Shown here: positions 57,523 through 64,000 of the stretch, one piece after another
How positions within the stretch are numbered: the first letter of the stretch is position 1
How the letters are laid out: each line of letters begins with the position of its first letter
Origin: an uncultured virus (IMG/VR IMGVR_UViG_3300048502_000088)
Taxonomy: Duplodnaviria; Heunggongvirae; Uroviricota; Caudoviricetes
IMG/VR virus record: IMGVR_UViG_3300048502_000088
Span: 1-64,000 of that record
Length of the DNA: 64,000 nucleotides
Strand: one strand, 5' to 3'
The notes under the pieces: model-generated
What the model was told of the DNA's origin: nothing
The model's input: only the letters and a program-made list of their open reading frames with translations
Database searches by the model: none
Position numbers and translations under genes: made by a program

Positions 57523-58010
57523 TATCGTTGGTATTGGATCTGCAAAAGCCCGGCAGCGCAGTTTGCGCCACTCGCTGAGTCCGAACAGTAAACCGTAAAA
57601 CCGCCCTGCATGTAAAGTCCGTGCATGCTGTCCAGTGAATTCATGATCGTGCCGCTCACCGCCGCTGTCTGCGGGGCGTTGATCCAGACAGTTCCATTGC
57701 CGTCGGTTATGACGAGCGTGAAGGCTCCCGTCCCGACCACTACCTGCCCAGCGGAGGCAACGTTATTCAGTGCCTGGCCGAAGTACACGTCCCCGGTGTC
57801 TTTCTGGTTGGGATTTCCGGCCACGGTCGGATAGCACGGCTTAACTGAAGTACACAGCGAGAGGTTCGTGACTACAAACTGCCGCGACTGAAGACTGCCG
57901 TTGTTGACCGGGCGCGGGGAGGTTGTCTGCGCCATGACGTAGCCCACGGCCACGCATGCGGCCAGCGCGGCGAGGATCTTAGTTACGGAGCGCTTTACGC
58001 TGTTACTCAT
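57522..58010 (-). CDS. exported beta-rich protein in the head-tail region
   Basis: MSNSVKRSVTKILAALAACVAVGYVMA|QT; two Cys pairs; AAGGAG RBS. Confidence 0.65.
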   Translation of the reverse strand: MSNSVKRSVTKILAALAACVAVGYVMAQTTSPRPVNNGSLQSRQFVVTNLSLCTSVKPCYPTVAGNPNQKDTGDVYFGQALNNVASAGQVVVGTGAFTLVITDGNGTVWINAPQTAAVSGTIMNSLDSMHGLYMQGGFTVYCSDSASGANCAAGLLQIQYQR

Positions 58011-58880
58011 TTAATTCAAGCTCCTTCGCATGTACCGCCGAATGCAGTTCTCAACCTCAGGCGGAAACTCCCAGTCCCGGTAGCGGATATTGCCCGCCCC
58101 CTGCAATACCTGGCTCTGCTGGTCGATCCAGTCGCGGCGCTTATAGTTGATCGCCACCAACTGCGTAACCTTCTGCTGGATGTCCCACGGCGTCATCGTG
58201 TAGCCAGCCGTATACGACACCTGAATGTTCTGGATTCCCTGCTGGTACGCCCAGCCCCAGCCTGCGTACCCCTGGCGGTAGATTCCGACGCCACCGTTCC
58301 AGCCTTGGCCCCACGGCAGGCCAGCGGGGCGGATAATTAGCCTGGCCGCATCGTCCGCCACAACCCAGCCGGGGATATTCACCTGCGTGGACTGCGGCAC
58401 GATCACGGTGTTAACCATGAGCTGCGTGATCGACACAATAGGCCGCTGACGCAGAAAAAGAGTCGAAGTGCCGTTGCCGTCGTACGTCTCATTGAACGTA
58501 TTGACGGAGTTGAGCGATGCCACCCCGATCCGCTCCAGAAAAATCTGAGAGGCGTCGGAAATCATCCCCGCGATCACGGAGTCGGTGACATCCGCGACCG
58601 GCACCGGGGTCGCCGCGTGCGGCAGCGCGAAACTGGCCGTGAATGTAGTGCCCGTGATGCCGGTCACCTGGACGTACTCCTGTGACATTCCCACGTCAAT
58701 CTGAAGAACGGTGTTGACGGCGATATTCTGCATACTAAGCGGCGTAACTGTGTGGATTCCGGCGGATATGGGCGCGGCGATGGTGGTAGCAATGACGGGC
58801 GGCGCACCGGCACTGGCCCCGGCTGTGATGCTGAGGTACCCGCGAACCGATGCTGTCGTGGTGAGGTCGATTGCTGCCAT
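58011..58880 (-). CDS. head-tail adaptor/connector
   Basis: ETYDGNG..LRQRPIVSI, NIQVSYTAGY..PWDIQQ. Confidence 0.8.
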   Translation of the reverse strand: MAAIDLTTTASVRGYLSITAGASAGAPPVIATTIAAPISAGIHTVTPLSMQNIAVNTVLQIDVGMSQEYVQVTGITGTTFTASFALPHAATPVPVADVTDSVIAGMISDASQIFLERIGVASLNSVNTFNETYDGNGTSTLFLRQRPIVSITQLMVNTVIVPQSTQVNIPGWVVADDAARLIIRPAGLPWGQGWNGGVGIYRQGYAGWGWAYQQGIQNIQVSYTAGYTMTPWDIQQKVTQLVAINYKRRDWIDQQSQVLQGAGNIRYRDWEFPPEVENCIRRYMRRSLN

Positions 58881-58903
58881 ACCTTACTGCCATCTCGCTT
58901 AAC

Positions 58904-58921
58904 CTGTCCAGAGTCTGGACA
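58904..58921. promoter_or_regulatory. second copy of the palindrome TGTCCAGA-G-TCTGGACA
   Basis: 18/18 identity to 10777-10794; abuts a TATGAT -10 on the minus strand. Confidence 0.7.
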
Positions 58922-58924
58922 TCA

Positions 58925-58966
58925 TAAAAACTAACGGCGCGGGCGGGTTGCCCCAATCCCGCGCCG
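58925..58966 (-). terminator. intrinsic terminator after the capsid and decoration genes
   Basis: CGGCGCGGG/CCCGCGCCG stem plus T-run. Confidence 0.65.
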
Positions 58967-59021
58967 GGAAACCACTGCCAGGAATTATTGCCCCGCGCCG
59001 TGGGAATCGCTCCAGCCTGCC

Positions 59022-60377
59022 TTAGTACGCTACTGACCCGATGACCGAGTAAATCGTGATCGCCTCGGACCCAGGCGTCACATTCGTCAGATAGATGTAG
59101 AACAGGTGGCCGCTGACGGTCGCGACCGTGTTCGTCTGCGTTGATGCCCACGTGATGCCCGTCGCCGCCTGTCCGAGCGTCTGCGTGCCCGAACCAGCGT
59201 TCCTTACCAGCCAGTACCAGCCGGTGTTGGCCACTGCCGTACCAGCCAGTCCACCGATGATGGCGGCGGCGGTGGGGGTGGTATCGGTCGGGGTGGTGCT
59301 GCCGGAGCGCAGGAGCACGCTCGACAGCATGTTGGCGACCGTGAGGGCTGCGTTACCGGCGGTCGTGTTCGCCGACGTGGGGCCGTTAAGAACCAGCCCG
59401 GAGCAGAAGATCGAGCCGGGAACCTTGACGGAGCCAGTTGTGTTGGTCGTGGGCACGCGGGTTGTGATGACCGCGATGCCGGTGTCGCTGAAGCTGTAGG
59501 TCGCTGCACCGGACGGGTATACCGTGCCGATCAAGCCGGTCGTGCCGGGCGTGCCCGAAGAGGCGCTGCGGTAGATGTTGTAGTACTGAGCGCCTGGGGT
59601 GTCGTTCCAGGTAATCAGGTTCGAGTTGCCGGAGGTCAGTGTGGCATTGCCTGTGGCGGTGGCCACGCCCGTGCATGGCACCTCACCGACCGAATCAACG
59701 GCGGATACGACATAGGTGTAAGCCGTAGACCCAGCCGTACCGGCATTTGCTACCGCCAGGTTATAAGGCGCTGATAGTGCGACCACATTCACGTCGCCGT
59801 GAGTGTCGTTCTGACAGGAACCGGTCAGGTTCACCGTGGGCGCTGTGCTGCTGTCGCCCGCCAGCCCGGTGTCGTTCAGGACAGCGGTGGTGGCGGTGGT
59901 CTGGTAGCTGAGGCTGGTCGGGAATTGCGCGACCACCGCAGCGGGCTGGAGGACGTTCGCGATCTTGCCCTGCGCCGAGCCACCAGCGGTGCGGTAGATG
60001 TCGTAGCTGGTGGCATACGGCACACAGGTGAAGGTGACGATGTTGAAGTTACTGGCCGACAGCGTTGCGTTGCCGGTGGTGGTGGACCCTGCGGCGGAGG
60101 CGGCGGTGGGGCGGCCCAGCGGGGCCGCGCCGATCTTAGCAACGACCTTGTAGGTGTAGGTCGTTGCGCCTGCGGTGCCGGAAGTCGTAATGGTCGGAGC
60201 GCCAGGGGTCGCCAGCACTTTCGTGTTGAGCGTTGCCCCCTGTAGGGTCTGAGATCCGCCGGCTACCGTGGTTACCGCTACGGCCTCGTCGGCGGCCAGA
60301 GCGTTAACCAGTTGCGACTGGAGTGCGCCGAGAGTTTCCGGCGGCGTTACCTGAAGATTCGGGGTTGGTGTCGGCAT
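59022..60377 (-). CDS. Thr-rich capsid decoration/fibre protein with two FN3-like repeats
   Basis: GTAG.T.YTY.V.A..ATL..N...(F/W)..YxIYR..DTG repeated twice; follows the capsid gene. Confidence 0.65.
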   Translation of the reverse strand: MPTPTPNLQVTPPETLGALQSQLVNALAADEAVAVTTVAGGSQTLQGATLNTKVLATPGAPTITTSGTAGATTYTYKVVAKIGAAPLGRPTAASAAGSTTTGNATLSASNFNIVTFTCVPYATSYDIYRTAGGSAQGKIANVLQPAAVVAQFPTSLSYQTTATTAVLNDTGLAGDSSTAPTVNLTGSCQNDTHGDVNVVALSAPYNLAVANAGTAGSTAYTYVVSAVDSVGEVPCTGVATATGNATLTSGNSNLITWNDTPGAQYYNIYRSASSGTPGTTGLIGTVYPSGAATYSFSDTGIAVITTRVPTTNTTGSVKVPGSIFCSGLVLNGPTSANTTAGNAALTVANMLSSVLLRSGSTTPTDTTPTAAAIIGGLAGTAVANTGWYWLVRNAGSGTQTLGQAATGITWASTQTNTVATVSGHLFYIYLTNVTPGSEAITIYSVIGSVAY

Positions 60378-60409
60378 GTTCGTTCTCCTTGTATGTCAGT
60401 TACCGACCG

Positions 60410-62263
60410 TTAACTCAGGTTCGCGCCGGCAATGCCGGTGATTACCCCGCAACTCCAGGGCATATTGTGCGCCAGCACCTGTTCCGCGTAGGTTCCGAAC
60501 GTCCACTGGCGGGTGACCATCGGCCATTCGTAGGAGTGGTAATCGCGCCGCGTGAGCATCGCCCGGAGGTACGGCAGGCGGCTGTTCTCATACCCGGCAG
60601 GCAGTTCCGAAATATCGAAGAACAGCGTGCCCGGAGGGATCATCGGGTGGATGCGCAGCGGGATCACCTGCGCGCCAAGTTCGTTAGCGGCAGCGTACCG
60701 CGACTGGTAACCGGTCACCGCGTAGCCGGCGACAACCAGATTGCGGCCACCTTCGCCAGCGCCGCCGTTAAAGAAGAACTGCTGCGCCTGTCCGTTCGAC
60801 CCACCCCAGCGGGAAGCAAGGTCAACGGCTTCGATGGCGTCCTGCGAACCCCAGATGGCATTGATGCCGGTCTGGTAGTTCAGGAACATGGTCTGGAGGG
60901 CGGTCTCGATCTCAACGATCTTGCCTGTCTTGGTGGGGGTGAGGGTTCCGCCGCCGAGATCCTTGTAGTAAGAACCAGCGGTGCCCGCCGCAAATCCCAT
61001 CAACCCGGTGTAGTCGTACTGGCTGTAGCTGTTGTCGGTATTGAGGCCAGTGGCGTTACCGGTTTGCGTGCCAGCAATAGTGGCAGAAGTGATCGTGTAA
61101 GTAGGGAACTGAGTAATCGCGGCCAGCTTGGCGTTTGCAAGCGACGGCGCGGAGGCGTCGGTGACGTTCACGTACCAGGCGTATCCATAGACACCCTTCG
61201 TGCCAGCAGGGACGGTGGCCACGGCTACCTGAGTAGTGCCGCTGGGAGTTACAACCGAGGACATCGCGCTGATGGCGCTGATGCCGCCGGGTACGGTGAT
61301 AACCGATCCGTCGGCGTTTGTGCGAACGGTATTGGGTACCAGGCCACCAGTGACCGTGTTGGCGTTCGCGACAAGATTGGTCATGTAACCGTACTGATTG
61401 TTCGAGGGGTTACCCATGGCGGTCATATACACGCAAGCCACAGATACGGGAGTTGCTCCGCCAAAGGTGGACGTGCCGGTCGCGGTCGCGATGGTAGGCG
61501 TGGTTGCCGTACCGAGCGCGTAGCCGCCGGTGGCCGCCGTGCCGCTGTTGCCGTGGATGTTAATGGCCTCTTCTGAGAGCCACAGGGACAACATGCCGCG
61601 AACATGCTCATCGCCAATCTGTGCGCTGTAACCTTCAGACGCGAATTCCGCCGAGGTCGTCACCGCACGCTCATTACCGATCTGCTTGTACGTCGCGGTG
61701 TAGTCGATCTCGTCGGGAGTTTGTGTCGCGTTGCGCTGACCTTCGGCCACGCCGCCGTAGTTCTGCCCGAGGTTACGGGACGCCTTCCAGTTCGCCGCGG
61801 TACCGTAGCCGTCGTTGACGCGGCCCACGCGCGGGATGGAGTTGCGGAACGGTACGTTGATGGGGGCCAGGATGAGAGCCGGTCCACGGAGATCGTAGAA
61901 GTTGAAGCCGAGGGCGCTGGTGACGCCTCCCGATTTCTCCAGCCCGAACTCCTTGTTCTGGTGGTGGAACATCTTCTGGATAATCTTGCTCGCGAACTCG
62001 AAGCGCGCGAACTTCTCGGTTTCCAGTTGCTCCCACTTCTGCTGCGTCCCCGGCATGGGCTGCATCTCGGTGACGGGGCCGTAGGCGCAGTGGCTGCTGC
62101 GACCGCGCTTGTACTTGAGGATGTCGGCCTCAAACGTGGTCTTTTCGCCGTGCTCCAGGTAGTTGCGCAGCGACTTCTTGTAGAAGTTCGCCGTCCAGTT
62201 GCTTAGGGTTTTGTACCCGTTGTCGTCGAGTGTCGCCCCAGCCTTAATCATCATGCGGCTCAT
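60410..62263 (-). CDS. major capsid protein with N-terminal extension and internal Ig-like insertion
   Basis: FYDLRGPA..PFRNSIPRV, EGQR, LRIHPMIPPGT, RRDYHSYEWP..FGTYAEQVL; AGGAG RBS. Confidence 0.8.
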   Translation of the reverse strand: MSRMMIKAGATLDDNGYKTLSNWTANFYKKSLRNYLEHGEKTTFEADILKYKRGRSSHCAYGPVTEMQPMPGTQQKWEQLETEKFARFEFASKIIQKMFHHQNKEFGLEKSGGVTSALGFNFYDLRGPALILAPINVPFRNSIPRVGRVNDGYGTAANWKASRNLGQNYGGVAEGQRNATQTPDEIDYTATYKQIGNERAVTTSAEFASEGYSAQIGDEHVRGMLSLWLSEEAINIHGNSGTAATGGYALGTATTPTIATATGTSTFGGATPVSVACVYMTAMGNPSNNQYGYMTNLVANANTVTGGLVPNTVRTNADGSVITVPGGISAISAMSSVVTPSGTTQVAVATVPAGTKGVYGYAWYVNVTDASAPSLANAKLAAITQFPTYTITSATIAGTQTGNATGLNTDNSYSQYDYTGLMGFAAGTAGSYYKDLGGGTLTPTKTGKIVEIETALQTMFLNYQTGINAIWGSQDAIEAVDLASRWGGSNGQAQQFFFNGGAGEGGRNLVVAGYAVTGYQSRYAAANELGAQVIPLRIHPMIPPGTLFFDISELPAGYENSRLPYLRAMLTRRDYHSYEWPMVTRQWTFGTYAEQVLAHNMPWSCGVITGIAGANLS

Positions 62264-62303
62264 ATTTTCTCCTGTTTTATTGGCCTAGTTGACAGCCCGA
62301 ATT

Positions 62304-64000
62304 TTAAAGCCCGACCGATCCGTCTTCGGCGTCGGGTTCCGACGTCGGAGTTCCGCTGCCGTCACGCTTGATCAGTTGCAGTCCAACTCCGCGAGGGAAT
62401 CCGTCCGTGCCAGTACCCTTGACCGCCTGGCCGATGGGGAGCACCGGATTGTTGGGCGTGCCGACTGCGGTGAGTTTGTCAACCAGTGCGGTCAGCGCGT
62501 CAATCTTCGCGTCGTACCCCTTCTGCATGCCCTTGAGCGCCTCACTCACGGCGGCGGCGACATCCGGCTCAGCGGACTTTGCCATCTCAGCGTCCACGTC
62601 TTTGCAGACCTGTGCGAGAGCAGCCTTACCAGCGTCGGAGTCGTAGTCCATGCCGCTCGCCATTGCGTGCGCGTGCTCGGCCATCGCGTCCATGGCCTTG
62701 CCCATTTTTTCGTGGTGAGCTTCCTTATCGGTGTGGTGTTCCATCTGCGCCTTGCAGAACGCCATCTGCGCCTTGGGGCCAGCCGAGGTTTCGCCGTCGG
62801 CCTTGCCTACCTCGCCCTTGTGGTGCTCCATCATGGCCTTGCATGCTTCCTTCATCTCGCCATGAGACGCTGCCATTTTTTCGTGCATGTCGGCGCACTT
62901 TCCGAAGTGCGCGCCCATTTTCTTGAAGTGAGCCGCGAGACCCTTTTTCGCCGCCTTCAGCATTTCTTCGTTCATTTTTTTTGCTCCTGTGTTGGGTTCG
63001 GCGGTCTTGGTAGCCACCGGTATGACTGCTTTAGCAGCGGGAATCAGCTCTGCGGCCTCTTCGGCGCACATCGTTACGAGACTGTCGGCCAACTGCTCCA
63101 CGTGATCGCGGAGCATATCGGGCATTTCGGAGTCGTCACCCTCGTACTCCTCTTCGGCGATGCTGGACCGCCAGAGGTACGCGAGATCCTGAAGGATCTG
63201 TGCGAAGCGGGATACGTCGTACAGCCCCTTTTTAAGGTTGTGCTTCGCCGCGCTCCTGGTGACTGCTTCCGAGAATTTCGCCGTTACCGCTGCGACCATC
63301 TTGTCGGCGGACACCTCGATGCCTGCGGCGCGGGCGGCGGCGGTGATGCGGGCGTGGACCTTTTCCTTCTCATCCTCAGGTATGCCCTTGGCTTGCTCCC
63401 AGCGAGCTAATGCATTTCTCAGGTGGCTCCTGGTGAGAGCGGGGCTGGAGAATTTGATCGGGAACTTCCAGGTGGAAGTGTCTTTGGGGTCGCCTACGTA
63501 GGCGAAGGCGCTTTCGGGTAGGTCTTCACCGGCTACTCGTTTGGTGGGGGCCGCATCGGCGGACTTCTCAGCGGGCGCAAACTTGCGCATCTCGCTGGAG
63601 CCGTTTGCTTTCTGGTAACGGAAACTGGCGGACTTCACGGAGTCGAAGTGGGCGGCGTCGAGGCAGGGGTTGTCTACGAAGGAGACTTCGGAGATTTTGG
63701 CTGCGTAGTCCACAACGGGGTTTGCCTTTTTGCACTTACTGCACGACACTACGCCCGTTTTTTCGTCTTCCTGTGGATCGGCAGAGCAACAAATTGTAGA
63801 CTTCTTGGTGTAGCGCCCGGCCTGAGAAAATCCAGTGACCAAGCCTCGCCGCAGCATGTCGCTGATCTCAGCGTTAGCGGCCTGAGCACCGATCTTAATG
63901 GCCTTTGCGGCGTCGTCGAAGTCCATTTTCTGGACCTTCCCGGCAATCACGCCAGCGTGCATGAGGCGAACGTTTCCGAGGGACGGCTCTTGACCTGCCA
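62304..64000 (-). CDS. prohead protease/scaffold fusion (5' end outside the window)
   Basis: NVRLMH..AGK, GFSQAG, EVSFVDNPC protease-like motifs; VGDPKDTSTWKFPI domain; helical scaffold tail. Confidence 0.75.
   Translation of the reverse strand, partial: AGQEPSLGNVRLMHAGVIAGKVQKMDFDDAAKAIKIGAQAANAEISDMLRRGLVTGFSQAGRYTKKSTICCSADPQEDEKTGVVSCSKCKKANPVVDYAAKISEVSFVDNPCLDAAHFDSVKSASFRYQKANGSSEMRKFAPAEKSADAAPTKRVAGEDLPESAFAYVGDPKDTSTWKFPIKFSSPALTRSHLRNALARWEQAKGIPEDEKEKVHARITAAARAAGIEVSADKMVAAVTAKFSEAVTRSAAKHNLKKGLYDVSRFAQILQDLAYLWRSSIAEEEYEGDDSEMPDMLRDHVEQLADSLVTMCAEEAAELIPAAKAVIPVATKTAEPNTGAKKMNEEMLKAAKKGLAAHFKKMGAHFGKCADMHEKMAASHGEMKEACKAMMEHHKGEVGKADGETSAGPKAQMAFCKAQMEHHTDKEAHHEKMGKAMDAMAEHAHAMASGMDYDSDAGKAALAQVCKDVDAEMAKSAEPDVAAAVSEALKGMQKGYDAKIDALTALVDKLTAVGTPNNPVLPIGQAVKGTGTDGFPRGVGLQLIKRDGSGTPTSEPDAEDGSVGL

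Noticed and set aside
60323..63410. Long plus-strand ORFs (417 aa and 373 aa)
   Set aside because: Antisense to the capsid and scaffold genes
1..64000. tRNA/rRNA genes, integrase, att sites, terminase, portal
   Set aside because: None recognised by eye. Packaging genes probably lie beyond 64000; a tRNAscan-SE run would be needed to exclude tRNAs.

Overview
The whole window reads as part of a GC-rich (roughly 60%) tailed dsDNA phage or prophage genome with a long non-contractile tail (tail tube, chaperone pair and tape measure; no sheath seen). An Acidobacteria-like host is my impression only. Layout: (1) a rightward cluster of small genes ending in a radical SAM gene (45-4431). (2) A leftward replication, recombination and DNA-modification arm (4550-24395): two VapE-type ATPases, a stand-alone CHC2 zinc finger, a Dam-type methyltransferase carrying a LAGLIDADG intein, a Mom-like gene split at a G9 tract, SF2 helicase, RecT-like, SSB, YqaJ and DnaQ. 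(3) Back-to-back sigma70-like promoters at about 24400-24470. (4) A leftward late arm (25225 to beyond 64000): protease/scaffold, capsid, connectors, tail tube, frameshifting chaperones, tape measure, Dit, hub, NlpC, tail tip and lysis genes. Terminase, portal and integrase are not in the window. The most unusual signals are a block of cysteine-paired, fibre/depolymerase-like proteins with Sec-type signal peptides; an acyl carrier protein and a GT2-TPR glycosyltransferase inside the tail operon; an 18-bp palindromic site repeated 48 kb apart; an orphan TnpB 3'-end (omega-RNA-sized) fragment; and tandem duplications of stop/start junctions. Several +1/+2 frameshifts may be sequencing errors. 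All protein calls are from motifs read by eye, with no database search.
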